Assembly (NCBI GenBank): GCA_965219385.1
Contig: CBDCNM010000001.1
Coordinates: forward strand, 110,631 to 174,630
Direction: 5' to 3'
Origin: Candidatus Latescibacterota bacterium
GTDB lineage: Bacteria > Latescibacterota > UBA2968 > UBA8231
DNA: 64,000 nucleotides
The notes under the pieces are model-generated. The model searched no databases, was not told the DNA's origin, and was given only the letters and a program-made list of their open reading frames with translations. Shown here piece by piece: positions 1-10,582 of the stretch. Numbering within the stretch: the stretch's first letter is position 1; every line of letters starts with the position of its first letter. The position numbers were made by a program, and so were the translations under genes.

Positions 1-127
1 GCTTCATGGAGGGAATCAGGCTGTGGCCGCCGGCCAGCAGCTTGGCGTCCTCGCCGTGCTGTTGCAAAAGCTGAATGGCCTCGTCCACCGAGGCCGGACG
101 GTGATAGTCGAATGCTGCAGTGCTCAT
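1..127 (-). CDS. coxM: CO dehydrogenase/xanthine dehydrogenase family FAD-binding (medium) subunit, N-terminal 42 aa only (gene runs off window start)
   Basis: Minus-strand ATG at 127 preceded by AGGAGA. Translation MSTAAFDYHRPASVDEAIQLLQQHGEDAKLLAGGHSLIPSMK resembles FAD-binding subunit N-termini (LLAGG.SL motif). Lies directly downstream of coxL. Confidence 0.5.
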   Translation of the reverse strand, partial: MSTAAFDYHRPASVDEAIQLLQQHGEDAKLLAGGHSLIPSMK

Positions 128-152
128 TGTATGGTCTCCTGTTTCCGATCGG

Positions 153-2522
153 TTAGCTGGCTGCCTGAATGGCCTGCCACACCCGCTGCGGGGTCAGAGG
201 CATCTGGATATCCCGGACCCCCAGATGCCACAGGGCGTCGACCACGGCATTGACTATGGCCGGGGTGGCGCCGATGGTCCCGGCCTCACCCGCTCCTTTG
301 ACCCCGAGGGGGTTGTGCGGGCAGGGGGTGACCGTGCGATCCGTTTCAAAGGAGGGCAGATCATCGGCGCGCGGCAGGGCGTAGTCCATGTACGAGCCAT
401 TGAGCAATTGCCCCTCGTCGTCGTAGATGGCGCCTTCGAGCAGGGCCTGGCCAATCCCGTGGGCCACGCCGCCGTGAATCTGTCCGTCCACGATCTGAGG
501 GTTGACCACGTTGCCGACATCGTCGACCGCCACAAAGCGCTTGATCGACACTTTGCCGGTGTCGCCGTCCACTTCGACCACGGCGATGTGGGCCCCGAAG
601 GGGAAGGTGAAGTTGGCCGGATCGTAGAAGCTGGTGAAGTCCAGGCCTGGCTCCAGGCCTTCGGGGTAGTTGTGCGGCACGTACGCGGTCAGGGCCACGT
701 CGCCGAAGCCCACCGACTGATCCGTGCCCTTGACCGTCCACTTGCCCTCGGCGAACTCCAGGTCCTCTTCGGCGGCTTCAAGGAGGTGGGCGGCGATCTT
801 GGCGCCTTTTTCCTTGACCTTGTCCAGGCTCTTCACGATGGCCGTGCCGCCCACGGCCAGGCTGCGCGAACCATAGGTCCCCATGCCGAAAGGCACGGAT
901 TCGGTGTCGCCGTGGATGATGTCCACGTCTTCGATGGCGATGCCCAGCTGATCGGCCACCACCTGTGAGAAGGTGGTTTCGTGGCCCTGGCCGTGGGAGT
1001 GACTGCCGACGAAGACCGAAACCTTGCCGGTGGGCTGCACCCGCACCACGGCACTTTCGAACAGACCGGCTCGGGCGCCCAGGGAACCCACCACGGCCGA
1101 GGGCGCAATGCCGCAGGCCTCGATGTAGGTGGAAAAGCCGATTCCCAGGTAGCGCCCTTCCCGCCGGGCTTTTTCCTGCTCCTGGCGGAAGTCGCCGTAG
1201 CCGACGATTTCCAGGGCCTTGTCGAGCACGCCCTGGTAGTTGCCGCTGTCGTAGACCAGGGCGACCTGGGTCTCGTACCCGGGTTGTTCGACCCCGTCAA
1301 AGGGCGGAATAAAGTTTTTGGCCCGTAGCGCGGCCGGGTCCATGCCCAGTTCGTGGGCCGCGGTGTCCACCAGGCGTTCCAGCGTGTAGGTGGCCTCGGG
1401 CCGACCAGCGCCGCGCAGGGCGTCCACCGGCACAGTGTTGGTGAAGACCGCGGTCACGTCCACGTGGACGGCCGGGGTGGTGTAGAGGCCCTGCATCAGG
1501 GTGCCGTAGAGATAGGTGGGCACGCAGGTGGAAAAGGTGGAAAGGTAAGCGCCCATATTGGCGTGGGTCTTCACCCTCAGGCCCACGAAGTTGCCCTCTT
1601 TGTCGAGCCCCAGCTCGGCCTTGGTCACGTGGTCGCGGCCCTGGGCGTCGGTGATGAAGCTCTCGCTGCGCTCGGCCGTCCACTTTACCGGGCGCTCGAT
1701 CTGTTTGGAGCACCAGATGGCCAGGACCTCTTCGGCGTAGTGGAAGATCTTGCTGCCGAAACCGCCGCCCACATCCGGGGAAACCACCCGCACCTTGTGC
1801 TCGGGCAGGCCCAGGACAAAAGCGGTGAGCAGCAGGCGAATGACGTGCGGGTTCTGGGACGAGGTGTAGAGGGTGTAGCGATCCCGCGCCGCGTCGTAGT
1901 CGCCGATGGCGCAGCGCGGCTCGATGGCGTTGGTGATCAAACGCTGGTTGGAGTATTCCAGGGTGGTGATGTGATCGGCACCGGCCAGTGCCGCATCGGT
2001 TTTTTCCTTGTCGCCCAGCTCCCAGTCGAAGGGGATGTTGTTGGGGACATCCTCGAAGAGCTGCGGCGCGCCGTCGGCCACGGCTTTGAGCATGTCGACC
2101 GCCGCGTCCAGGACCTCGTAGTCCACCGAGACCCGTTCGGCCGCGTCCTGGGCCTGCTCGCTGGTTTCGGCGATGACGATGGCCACAGGATCGCCCAGGT
2201 GGCGCACCCTGTCCACAGCCAGGACCGGATGTGGCGGCTCCTTCATCTGGTCGCCGTTTTTGAAGTCCACCTGCCAGCCACAGGGCAGCCCCCCCACTCC
2301 GGCTTCTTCCAGATCCTTGCCCACAAAGGCGGCCACCACCCCGTCGGCGGCCAGGGCCGCCGAGGTGTCGACGCTCTTGGTATTGGCGTGGGCATGGGGG
2401 CTGCGGACGATGACAGCATAGGTCATCCCGGGCAGCGAGATATCGTCGGTGTACCTGCCCCCGCCGGTGATAAAGCGCTTGTCTTCTACCCGTTTTACAG
2501 ATTGGCCAATAAGATTTCCCAT
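153..2522 (-). CDS. coxL: xanthine dehydrogenase/aerobic CO dehydrogenase family molybdopterin-binding large subunit (form II CoxL-like)
   Basis: 789-aa ORF. Start [27 protein letters not shown] and VRSPHAHA are typical of this family. Active-site loop reads ALRGAGR (form II-like AYRGAGR rather than form I AYXCSFR). Confidence 0.85.
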   Translation of the reverse strand: MGNLIGQSVKRVEDKRFITGGGRYTDDISLPGMTYAVIVRSPHAHANTKSVDTSAALAADGVVAAFVGKDLEEAGVGGLPCGWQVDFKNGDQMKEPPHPVLAVDRVRHLGDPVAIVIAETSEQAQDAAERVSVDYEVLDAAVDMLKAVADGAPQLFEDVPNNIPFDWELGDKEKTDAALAGADHITTLEYSNQRLITNAIEPRCAIGDYDAARDRYTLYTSSQNPHVIRLLLTAFVLGLPEHKVRVVSPDVGGGFGSKIFHYAEEVLAIWCSKQIERPVKWTAERSESFITDAQGRDHVTKAELGLDKEGNFVGLRVKTHANMGAYLSTFSTCVPTYLYGTLMQGLYTTPAVHVDVTAVFTNTVPVDALRGAGRPEATYTLERLVDTAAHELGMDPAALRAKNFIPPFDGVEQPGYETQVALVYDSGNYQGVLDKALEIVGYGDFRQEQEKARREGRYLGIGFSTYIEACGIAPSAVVGSLGARAGLFESAVVRVQPTGKVSVFVGSHSHGQGHETTFSQVVADQLGIAIEDVDIIHGDTESVPFGMGTYGSRSLAVGGTAIVKSLDKVKEKGAKIAAHLLEAAEEDLEFAEGKWTVKGTDQSVGFGDVALTAYVPHNYPEGLEPGLDFTSFYDPANFTFPFGAHIAVVEVDGDTGKVSIKRFVAVDDVGNVVNPQIVDGQIHGGVAHGIGQALLEGAIYDDEGQLLNGSYMDYALPRADDLPSFETDRTVTPCPHNPLGVKGAGEAGTIGATPAIVNAVVDALWHLGVRDIQMPLTPQRVWQAIQAAS

Positions 2523-2531
2523 GACGCCCTC

Positions 2532-2999
2532 CTAACCCGATTTCTCGGCTGCGTACTGGATCGATTTGACGATATTTTCATAGCCTGTGCAGCGGCAGTA
2601 ATTGCCCTCCAGGGCATGGCGGATCTCGGCATCGCTGGGACTGGAATTGCGCTCCAGGAGCTGCCAGGCGGTCACGATCATGCCCGGGGTGCAAAAGCCG
2701 CACTGCAGGCCGTGCTCGAGGTTGAAGCCCTCCTGGATGGGATGCAGCTCGCCGTTTTGCGCCAGGCCTTCGATAGTGGTGATTTCAGCGCCGTCGGCCT
2801 GGACCGCCAGCAGGGTGCACGATTTTACTGCCTGGCCATCGACCACGATGGTGCAGGCCCCGCAGCTGCTGGTATCGCAGCCCACGTGGGTGCCGGTCAG
2901 TCCCAACACCTCGCGCAGGTACTGGACGAGAAGCAGGCGCGGTTCCACCTCGTCTTCGCGGGTCTGGCCATTGACAGTGACTTTGATAGGTACTGTCAT
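2532..2999 (-). CDS. coxS: (2Fe-2S)-binding small subunit of CoxSML-type Mo hydroxylase
   Basis: Two Cys clusters ([10 protein letters not shown] ... CGFCTPG ... CRCTGY). Internal ATG at 2999 with AGGAGG SD chosen over the TTG-extended ORF start at 3041. Confidence 0.85.
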   Translation of the reverse strand: MTVPIKVTVNGQTREDEVEPRLLLVQYLREVLGLTGTHVGCDTSSCGACTIVVDGQAVKSCTLLAVQADGAEITTIEGLAQNGELHPIQEGFNLEHGLQCGFCTPGMIVTAWQLLERNSSPSDAEIRHALEGNYCRCTGYENIVKSIQYAAEKSG

Positions 3000-3046
3000 A
3001 AGTCCACCTCCTGATGTGAGTAAAAACGGACGGGTTGACAACTTTG

Positions 3047-3487
3047 CTACTGCTCGGAAATTTCCTTTTCCAGAGCTTTGAAAAACTGGTTGGTAAACAT
3101 CCGGCCCACCCCGCTCAGGACCCGCTGGCCCATGCGCGCCAGGACCCCGGTCAGCTTGGCGTCGCCCTGGAAGGAGAGGATGGTATCCTGGTTTTCGTTC
3201 CGCAGGGCAATGATGCCCTCGGCGGCAATGGTGCCGACTTTTCCATCCACGCTCACCAGGAGCTTATAGCTGTCGGGCGCTACCTTGTCGGCCACTTCGA
3301 GGGTTCCGTCAAAGTTGCTGTTGATGGGCCCCATTTTGATTTCGAAGAGGGCCTGGTACTTGTCGCCTTCCCGGGGCTGTAGCTCTTTTATGCCAGGGGT
3401 GGCGCGGGCCAGGACTTGTGGGTCGTTGAGCAGGTTCCACAGGGTTTCCTGAGGAGCGTTGAATCTATAACTGCCTTCCAGGTGCAT
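3047..3487 (-). CDS. coxG: SRPBCC family CoxG-like protein
   Basis: ORF with CoxG-like sequence (MHLEGSYRF...[13 protein letters not shown]). Start trimmed to the ATG at 3487. Confidence 0.65.
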   Translation of the reverse strand: MHLEGSYRFNAPQETLWNLLNDPQVLARATPGIKELQPREGDKYQALFEIKMGPINSNFDGTLEVADKVAPDSYKLLVSVDGKVGTIAAEGIIALRNENQDTILSFQGDAKLTGVLARMGQRVLSGVGRMFTNQFFKALEKEISEQ

Positions 3488-3657
3488 GGGTGATGCTCTG
3501 ATTGAGGTTGCTGGTGATGGAAAAGAGAGCATAAGTATTAAAGAGAGCTAAATATGATAAACCAGGTTGCCGATGTCAATTATTTCTTATTTGAGAAAAT
3601 TTACAAAATCGCTTATATATCTGACACCTACATATCTGGACCAAAAACGGAGGAACC

Positions 3658-4692
3658 ATGCAGGATATCTGGAACCAAGTCGTCGAATGGACGCAAGCAG
3701 GACGGGCTTTTGCGCTGGCAAGGGTGATTCAGACCTGGGGATCGGCACCCCGGAGCACGGGCGCGGCCATGATCGTCGGGGAAGATATGCAGGTGGCCGG
3801 CTCGGTGAGCGGGGGGTGTATCGAGGGGGCCGTGATCGAAGAGGCACAACAGGTTCTGGAGAGCGGGAAGGCGAAACAGCTCAGCTATGGGATAGACGAC
3901 GAAAAGGCCTGGTCCGTGGGGCTTTCCTGCGGGGGAGAGGTGGAGGTCCTGGTGGAAAGGCACCTGGCCTTTGCGGAGGAGGCCAGCCGGTCCGTCTGGG
4001 AGGCCCTGCAGGAGGCCGTGGAACAAAATCAGCCGGTCATCCTGCTAACCCGGCTGCAGCCGGTGGAAAACCCCCATTTGCTGGTGTACCCGGACGGCAG
4101 CCCAGTGGGAGACTGGGCCGGGTTACAGGAAGAGGCCGTGTCAGTGGCTCTTGAAAGCTATGCGCAGCGGCGGAACCAGGTGGTCGAATTGGCGCAGGGC
4201 GCGGTCTTCGTGCAGGTGTTTCCGCGTCAGGACCAGTTGCTGATCATAGGCGCCGGTCACATCGCCATTCCCCTGGTGCAGTTTGCCCACGCTCTGGATT
4301 TTGCCACCACCGTGATTGATCCGCGCCGGGTTTTTGCCACTCCGGAACGCTTCGAGGTCCCGCCGCGCGAATTGATTTCCCAATGGCCCGGCCAGGCCCT
4401 GTCCGGACGCGAGCTTAGCGAGGATACCTATGCGGTCCTCCTCACCCACGACCCCAAGATCGACGACGAGGCCCTGCACCTGCTGCTGAAAGCGCCGGTG
4501 GCTTACATCGGCGCTCTGGGCAGCCGCAAAACCCAGGCCAAGCGGGTCGAGCGGCTGCGGGAGGCCGGCTTCTCCGCCGAGGAAATCGGGCGCATCAAAG
4601 GCCCGGCCGGTCTGGATATTCGCGCCAAAGCCCCGGCGGAGATCGCCCTGAGCATCATGGCGGAGGTCATCGCGGCCAAACGGAGCCGGTGA
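3658..4692 (+). CDS. XdhC/CoxI family molybdenum cofactor insertion chaperone
   Basis: 344 aa with SD GGAGGA. Contains the XdhC N-domain and the Rossmann-like XdhC C-domain (GAGHIA). Confidence 0.8.
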   Translation: MQDIWNQVVEWTQAGRAFALARVIQTWGSAPRSTGAAMIVGEDMQVAGSVSGGCIEGAVIEEAQQVLESGKAKQLSYGIDDEKAWSVGLSCGGEVEVLVERHLAFAEEASRSVWEALQEAVEQNQPVILLTRLQPVENPHLLVYPDGSPVGDWAGLQEEAVSVALESYAQRRNQVVELAQGAVFVQVFPRQDQLLIIGAGHIAIPLVQFAHALDFATTVIDPRRVFATPERFEVPPRELISQWPGQALSGRELSEDTYAVLLTHDPKIDDEALHLLLKAPVAYIGALGSRKTQAKRVERLREAGFSAEEIGRIKGPAGLDIRAKAPAEIALSIMAEVIAAKRSR

Positions 4693-5309
4693 TGGCCGGG
4701 CCGGCCGCGCTCGGCGCCATTGTCCTGGCCGCCGGCCGCTCCACCCGCATGCAAGAGCACAACAAGCTTTTGCTGCCGTGGGGGGAAAAGCGGATCGTGC
4801 AGGTGGTGGTCGAGAAATTGCTGAGGGTTTCTTTTGAGGAAGTGGTGGTCGTGGTGGGGCACGAGCGCGCTCAGGTGGAAGGGGTGCTGGGCGGCTATCC
4901 AGTGCGGCTGGTCTACAACCCCGGGTACGCGGAAGGACTGTCGACTTCGATCCGGCAGGGCGTGGAGGCGGTCCGAGCAAATGTGGATGGCTACCTGTTC
5001 GCCCTGGGCGATATGCCCTGGGGGAGATCCGAGACCATTCAAGAACTCTGCCGTGCGTTTTTTCGCGGCGAAGAAGGTTCTATCGTTGTGCCCAAAGTAA
5101 GCGGTGACCGCGGCAATCCAGTGGTGTTCTCAAGCTCTTACCGGAGAGAATTGCTGCAGCTGAAAGGGGACCAGGGCGCCCGGCCCCTGGTGCGGCAACA
5201 CGCGGAGAAGGTGATCGAGGTCGCGGTCGAGGATCCGGGAATTCTGCTGGACGTGGACACCCCCGAAGCGTATCGCGCCGGGGTGGATGAAGTTGGAGAC
5301 GACTCTTAA
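4689..5309 (+). CDS. MobA-like NTP transferase (molybdenum cofactor cytidylyl/guanylyl-transferase, MocA-like)
   Basis: Motif LAAGRSTRM (LAAGxSxRM) of the MobA/MocA family. Start overlaps the XdhC stop. Confidence 0.75.
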   Translation: MMAGPAALGAIVLAAGRSTRMQEHNKLLLPWGEKRIVQVVVEKLLRVSFEEVVVVVGHERAQVEGVLGGYPVRLVYNPGYAEGLSTSIRQGVEAVRANVDGYLFALGDMPWGRSETIQELCRAFFRGEEGSIVVPKVSGDRGNPVVFSSSYRRELLQLKGDQGARPLVRQHAEKVIEVAVEDPGILLDVDTPEAYRAGVDEVGDDS

Positions 5310-5321
5310 AAGACGCGAATT

Positions 5322-6338
5322 TTATTGCCCTCGCCCTGATACATCCTCTTGGTTTCCGTCAACCTTCAGCAACCATTTCCAGATAACTGTAAACAAAGCA
5401 CACACCAGAACCAGCAAAAAAACCTGGTATGCTCTGGCTAAACCAGGAAGCACCAGTGCAATCAGTCCCATAGTGCAGGCCACGCTCCATGCACTGAGGT
5501 TTGTCTGATATTTTGAAAAACCCATCCGTTGCAGGCGCAAAGAAAAATGATCGGGACTTCCTTTCCACCAGGGCAACCCCTTGTCGATCCGCACGGCAGT
5601 AATAAAAACAGCCTCGAAAATCGGCACGCTTAAAATCAACAGATTCTGCACCCCAACGTACCATTCCTGCAGCGGCCCTAGCAAAATGTGCACGCACCAG
5701 AAACCCAGCAAATGGCTCCCTGCATCACCCAGAAAAATAGTCGCCGGAGGCTTGTTCAACAGCAAAAAACCCAGGCAACTACCTGTCATCATAAGACTTA
5801 ACAGCTGCTTTTCCGGATGCAAAAAACCGGCACAAACCAGAGCAATGATGGTCAGACCGGCGACGAGCCCATCGCATACGTCCGTGAAATTAAACGCATT
5901 GACCACGAAAAGAAGCACAAAACAGGACAGGCCGAAATCCAACCAGTAGATATCAAAAACGCCAAACACATTGCCGCAAAAGGCCGCCAGCAAAGCAGCC
6001 CCCAATTGCAGGCCAAATTTGGGCAGAGGTTCCAGAGGCCTCAGATCATCGACCAGACCCAGCAGCAAAAAAACGCCGCCGGGCAGCCACAAAGCCAGAA
6101 GCTCCTGCTGAGAAGGAACGTAAAAACCTGTCACATAACCAAAGAGACTGGCCGTCGCAAACCCGACAAAAATACCAGGCCCACCCAGATAGGCAACAGG
6201 CCTGGTATGTTGAGGTACGATTTTATTGGGATAATTGACAATGCCAAATTTGCGCGCCAAAAGACGAGCGCACCAGGTCCCTCCTGATCCGGCGAAAAAA
6301 GAGATGACAAGCAACGCCCACATAGTCCAGCCACTCAT
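5322..6338 (-). CDS. MraY/WecA-family polyprenyl-phosphate N-acetylhexosamine-1-phosphate transferase
   Basis: Multi-pass membrane protein with the NAFNFTDVCDGLVAG motif (Nx(2)NxxDGxDGLA of the WecA/MraY family). Confidence 0.75.
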   Translation of the reverse strand: MSGWTMWALLVISFFAGSGGTWCARLLARKFGIVNYPNKIVPQHTRPVAYLGGPGIFVGFATASLFGYVTGFYVPSQQELLALWLPGGVFLLLGLVDDLRPLEPLPKFGLQLGAALLAAFCGNVFGVFDIYWLDFGLSCFVLLFVVNAFNFTDVCDGLVAGLTIIALVCAGFLHPEKQLLSLMMTGSCLGFLLLNKPPATIFLGDAGSHLLGFWCVHILLGPLQEWYVGVQNLLILSVPIFEAVFITAVRIDKGLPWWKGSPDHFSLRLQRMGFSKYQTNLSAWSVACTMGLIALVLPGLARAYQVFLLVLVCALFTVIWKWLLKVDGNQEDVSGRGQ

Positions 6339-6382
6339 GCACTAGATGCATTGCCGCAAGAATCCGGCCGACCGCAGTCGGG

Positions 6383-7714
6383 CTATCTGGATTCTACCTC
6401 GTGCGTCCATTGAAAACCGTCGCGCATAACCTGAGCCATAGACGAATATTCCCACCGCCCGTAGCGGCCCAGGGGTACGATATCAAAAGATTTTAGAAAA
6501 CAGCGCGCCGCCTCCATTATAGCCTGATTCTCCAGCGTAAATACCACATACGCAGGATCCACCAGCAACACGTGCACATCGACCACCTCACAACCCGGGG
6601 GCATGATATCCACGCGCGCCATATCTCTCAAGACAACCCGTCTCAAGGTATCTGCATCCGGACAGGGCGACTCTGCCGGTTCGGTTATTTCCGCCATGAC
6701 CCCCCATCCACGGCCGGGCGCACTGAGGGGATCGAAGGTATGCATAAAAATCAGCCGATTGAAAACAATGGATTCATCGGCATAATAGCGCCAGTGCCCC
6801 GTGCCTTCAGGCCGTGGTCCCTGGATGCTCAACGCCACCGTCCACACGCGGTTGCGCACCAAATGTTTCATCTCCTGTTTTAAGGTATCCGGTGCCTGTA
6901 CACTGTATTGAATCATCTGCGGCAAGGGCAAAGACGTCATACAGGCAAAGCGGTATTCAAATTGCTGTTGTCGCTCTTGCGACTGCACGAGAATCAGGCG
7001 CGCCTCGCCATTGACGGAGACCACCTTGTGGCCCAGGCGCAAATCGTGGACCCTTTGCGCGAGCGCTCTTGCAAGATACTCCATGCCCCGAACCGCCGAA
7101 TTTTCAGGCGGACGCGGATACCACCCATTGTCATTATAGGACTCGAATGCTCCATCGGGTTCAATAGCACCTCTCAACACCTGATCGAAGTCTGGACGCG
7201 CAATATTCCACTGGAATCCAGACGGCGCGAGCGTATCGAGAGGTCTTTTCCACATCTTGCGGTTGTAGGGGGGAAAAAAGAGGTCGCACAATGCTCGACC
7301 AAAAGAAGAGAGTAAAAAATTCTGGAAGTTTCGCGGGGAAGCGCTTTCAGGCGCAAAGGCAACGCGGGCAAAATCGCTCAAGCAGTCTACCACGGCAGCG
7401 GCATTCAAATGTCCCAGATGCGTTTGCAGTGGAAAGCGCGCGACCCCCGGGCCGACTTCGACCCATGCTTCGGGCACAAGCGGCGCCAGGTGGTCGCCCA
7501 GCAAAGCCCGAATCCGGGATTCGGTCTCCGGCTCGCGGAAATAGAGCAGATGAATCACCCGATCGAACCAGTATCCATCGAAACACTCTGTTTTTACCAG
7601 TCCCCCGGGCCTGTGGTCTTTCTCGAGCACCACACAACGCGGCCCCAGCGCCGATGCCGCTGAAAGGCCTGTGAGCCCGGCTCCCAAAACTACAAAATCA
7701 CGTGCGACCATCAA
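6383..7714 (-). CDS. NAD(P)/FAD-dependent oxidoreductase (amine-oxidase / UDP-galactopyranose-mutase-like fold)
   Basis: N-terminal dinucleotide-binding motif VVLGAGLTGLSAA followed by GG..Y.....H.Y pattern. Confidence 0.6.
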   Translation of the reverse strand: MMVARDFVVLGAGLTGLSAASALGPRCVVLEKDHRPGGLVKTECFDGYWFDRVIHLLYFREPETESRIRALLGDHLAPLVPEAWVEVGPGVARFPLQTHLGHLNAAAVVDCLSDFARVAFAPESASPRNFQNFLLSSFGRALCDLFFPPYNRKMWKRPLDTLAPSGFQWNIARPDFDQVLRGAIEPDGAFESYNDNGWYPRPPENSAVRGMEYLARALAQRVHDLRLGHKVVSVNGEARLILVQSQERQQQFEYRFACMTSLPLPQMIQYSVQAPDTLKQEMKHLVRNRVWTVALSIQGPRPEGTGHWRYYADESIVFNRLIFMHTFDPLSAPGRGWGVMAEITEPAESPCPDADTLRRVVLRDMARVDIMPPGCEVVDVHVLLVDPAYVVFTLENQAIMEAARCFLKSFDIVPLGRYGRWEYSSMAQVMRDGFQWTHEVESR

Positions 7715-7779
7715 AAACGCACCTGCGCTTGAACCAGATATTCAGTACTCACGAAACACCGTAAATATACAAGCTGAAA

Positions 7780-7807
7780 GGCCGGGAGGGGCAAGCCCCT
7801 CCCGGCC
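7780..7807 (-). terminator. perfect GC-rich stem-loop between convergent/tandem genes
   Basis: GGCCGGGAGGGGC-AAG-GCCCCTCCCGGCC downstream of the methyltransferase stop. The T-run is weak. Confidence 0.4.
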
Positions 7808-7835
7808 GCCCCCCGGTTCCCTGAAATTCTGCTAC

Positions 7836-8609
7836 TCACCCCTTCTCTATAGTTATAATCTTAATCTTTTTAACATTCTCGAATACCCGTCCCTGCTCAT
7901 AAACAGGATGTATGGCATCGCGTATTCTCTGTATCATTTTCTCGGCATCCTGCCCCTGGGACGTGATGCGAAACAGACTCGTGGATGTGTAGTAGTCGAT
8001 AAAGTCGGATTCCTGTTGATACGCGACCCGATTTTCGTATACATCAGAGAGAAACGAAATGCCCTGCGCGCTCAAATAGGGCTCCAGATCATCGCTGAGA
8101 AAGTGCAAACCACGCAGATCTATGGCAGAAATTTCACCGAACAGCCTCCTGTGCAATCCGTAAAACTCTTCGTTGTTATCCTTTGCGGGCCCACTGATCA
8201 CAATGCGGCCTTCCGGCCGAGCAATGCGCAGCATTTCGCCGACGGCCCTCTGCCACTCATCGACATAATAGAGCGCGTAGTTACACATCACGCGGTGAAA
8301 AGTGCCATCCTCAAAAGGAAGGCTTTCCGCTGAACCACACTGAAATATCACCTTGCCACTGCGACCATCCTCGATTGAAGGATCAATACCCCAAAGAGAA
8401 AGATCGCAGCGTTGCGCAATGCTCTGCAAATGCTGGCCCGTGCCGCAACCCACATCCAGTAAGTTCATCCCATTTTGAAGTTGCAAATGAGCAATCAGAA
8501 CCTCCAGCAAGTCCAGAGAGCCCAAACGCGTATTGATCGCAAGTCGATTTTTTACATCCGCTAATTTTTGCTCGTTCTGGTAGAGAAATTCCACCATCTT
8601 ATCGGCCAT
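7836..8609 (-). CDS. class I SAM-dependent methyltransferase
   Basis: Motif LLDVGCGTGQ (SAM-binding motif I) and a typical MTase fold length. Confidence 0.8.
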   Translation of the reverse strand: MADKMVEFLYQNEQKLADVKNRLAINTRLGSLDLLEVLIAHLQLQNGMNLLDVGCGTGQHLQSIAQRCDLSLWGIDPSIEDGRSGKVIFQCGSAESLPFEDGTFHRVMCNYALYYVDEWQRAVGEMLRIARPEGRIVISGPAKDNNEEFYGLHRRLFGEISAIDLRGLHFLSDDLEPYLSAQGISFLSDVYENRVAYQQESDFIDYYTSTSLFRITSQGQDAEKMIQRIRDAIHPVYEQGRVFENVKKIKIITIEKG

Positions 8610-8621
8610 ACTGCGTCTCCT

Positions 8622-9359
8622 TCAACGACGAACTTTCAAGCGCAGCAATTCGAATGCTTCAGCGCGGGAATAACCCCCTTCAAGGCCGCGGTATTGCGCC
8701 AGCGTTTTTATCGCATACGGACTTCTCAAACCCGGTTCTTCCAGCACCTGGGAAACATACCTGGCAAAAAGATCGCATTTTTTTTCCAGATCGTCGGCTG
8801 TCAGTTCGAGATAAACCGTCGGATCGAAACCCGGCAAGCCCAGCTGTCCGGTTCCCGGAATTTCGTAGGCCAGGACACACTGTCTATGTCGTTCGCAGAC
8901 GGGGTTGGAGCGCAACACCGCAAGACCCGCCTCGTAGACGGCGCGGTGATCCTGGTGGTTGTGCTTGAACGAAGGCAATAAAACAACCGTGGGTTTTACC
9001 CGGGCCAGGCCAAACTTGGACCCGCGCTCGAGCCAGTCGACCAGAGTCACAGTGGGCAGAGTGTCCAGTTCCAGATAGTTTTCGCCCTTCTCGTACAAAA
9101 TGTCGTACCCGGCCACAGAAAGAGATCCGGTTACAGCCTCTACCTCCTGCAGGCGAGCTTTAAAACCGACGCTCATCCCTCCTCGAACCGTTTCAAATCC
9201 CGCCACAGTCACATACAGAACGTAAATTTCAGCACCGGCCTGGTGGGCCTGCACCAGTAGACCACCGGCTCCCAGGATTTCGTCGTCGGCATGGGGTGCG
9301 ACAATCCAGATCACATCGTCACGCGTCAAAAATGGAACATTCGCCACGCTCCACCTCAA
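8622..9359 (-). CDS. PIG-L/LmbE family N-acetylglucosaminyl deacetylase
   Basis: VAPHADDEILGAGG (HPDDE-type motif). TTG start. Confidence 0.75.
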   Translation of the reverse strand: MRWSVANVPFLTRDDVIWIVAPHADDEILGAGGLLVQAHQAGAEIYVLYVTVAGFETVRGGMSVGFKARLQEVEAVTGSLSVAGYDILYEKGENYLELDTLPTVTLVDWLERGSKFGLARVKPTVVLLPSFKHNHQDHRAVYEAGLAVLRSNPVCERHRQCVLAYEIPGTGQLGLPGFDPTVYLELTADDLEKKCDLFARYVSQVLEEPGLRSPYAIKTLAQYRGLEGGYSRAEAFELLRLKVRR

Positions 9360-9427
9360 TCAGAAAAAGCCTGCAATTGCAACGACATCATCCGCTCCAG
9401 CACAGGCAGCCCCTGGTGCACGGGCGC

Positions 9428-10582
9428 TCAGGAGGGCCGGTCGTGGATGGGACCTTTGTGCTGGCGCAGCTGGCCGCCCGGGCGGCCCCCGAGGACGGAC
9501 TGGATCTCACCGGCGATGGAGAGGGCGATTTCCTCGGCTGTTTCGGCCCCGATGTCCAGGCCCACCGGGGTGAAGAGTCGCTGCTGCTGGTCGGAGGTGG
9601 GCTCGATCCCCTCCTTGTGCAGATCTTCGAGCAGGCGCTGGGTGCGCTTGCGCGGCCCCAAAAGGCCCAGGTATTGAAAGCGCGTAGCCAGGAGGTGGCG
9701 CAATACATCCAGATCCTGCATGTAGTTGTGGGTCATGATCAAAACGACGCTGCGGCCGTCGAAGTGCAGCTTTTCAAAGGCCTCGGACGGTCGGGCCAGG
9801 AGCACGGCGTGGGCCCCGGACAGGTGTTCGGGGCGGGCAAAGGCGGGGCGGTGGTCCACCACCGTGACCTGCCAGCCCAGCGCCGCGGCCAGGCGGACCA
9901 TGGGGATGGCGTCGGGGCCGGCGCCGAAGATCACCAGGGGAACGGGCGGCAGCAGGGGTTCGAGCAGGACACCGGCCCGGCCCGGCGCCAGCTCGTAGTG
10001 CCGGGTTTTGGCCTGGGCCATGGTGCCGCCGGTCTTGTGCAGCTGGTCCAGTTCCAGCCGGGCGTCCTGCAGGATCCTGGTGCGCAAATCCGGGTCCAGG
10101 TTGTCGTCCTCTACCTGGAGATCCTGGTGCAGCATCAGGCGCTGGCCCGGGCTCGAAGGCGCGGGGCCTTCCACCTGGAATACCGTGGCCAGGACCCCCG
10201 ACTTCTGGTCCACCAGGCACTCGGCGAGGAAGCGCGGGTAGGGCAGCCCATGGGCCCGGGGGAGCCTTTCCAGCAAAACCTGGACGATACCGCTGCAGCC
10301 CAACCCCGTGCCCCAGAGGATATCGTCTTCCGAGGTGGAATCGTATTTGAGCATCAAGGACTCGCCGCTGGCGAATACCCGGGCGGCGTTTTCCACCACG
10401 TCTCTTTCCAGACACCCGCCGCTGATGGCGCCGAGGGTGGCCTCGTCCCGCCCGATCAACATCCGGGTACCCGGAGCGCGATAGGCCGACCCGGAAATCT
10501 GCACGATGGTGGCCAGCACACAGGACTCGCCGGCCGCTTCGAGACGCTGGATTTCTTTCAGGATGTCCCGCAGCTCTTTCAT
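9428..10582 (-). CDS. coxF: XdhC family protein (CoxF-like Mo-hydroxylase maturation factor)
   Basis: Start trimmed to the ATG at 10582 (MKELRDILKEIQ...); the TTG-extended N-terminus is a low-complexity overrun. ATGA overlap with the coxE stop. Confidence 0.75.
   Translation of the reverse strand: MKELRDILKEIQRLEAAGESCVLATIVQISGSAYRAPGTRMLIGRDEATLGAISGGCLERDVVENAARVFASGESLMLKYDSTSEDDILWGTGLGCSGIVQVLLERLPRAHGLPYPRFLAECLVDQKSGVLATVFQVEGPAPSSPGQRLMLHQDLQVEDDNLDPDLRTRILQDARLELDQLHKTGGTMAQAKTRHYELAPGRAGVLLEPLLPPVPLVIFGAGPDAIPMVRLAAALGWQVTVVDHRPAFARPEHLSGAHAVLLARPSEAFEKLHFDGRSVVLIMTHNYMQDLDVLRHLLATRFQYLGLLGPRKRTQRLLEDLHKEGIEPTSDQQQRLFTPVGLDIGAETAEEIALSIAGEIQSVLGGRPGGQLRQHKGPIHDRPS

Noticed and set aside
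120-3014. Long plus-strand ORFs (120..968, 1353..3014) antisense to coxL/coxS
   Set aside because: Shadow ORFs typical of high-GC DNA. Low-complexity Gly/Arg/Val-rich translations, and the opposite strand carries a well-supported enzyme.
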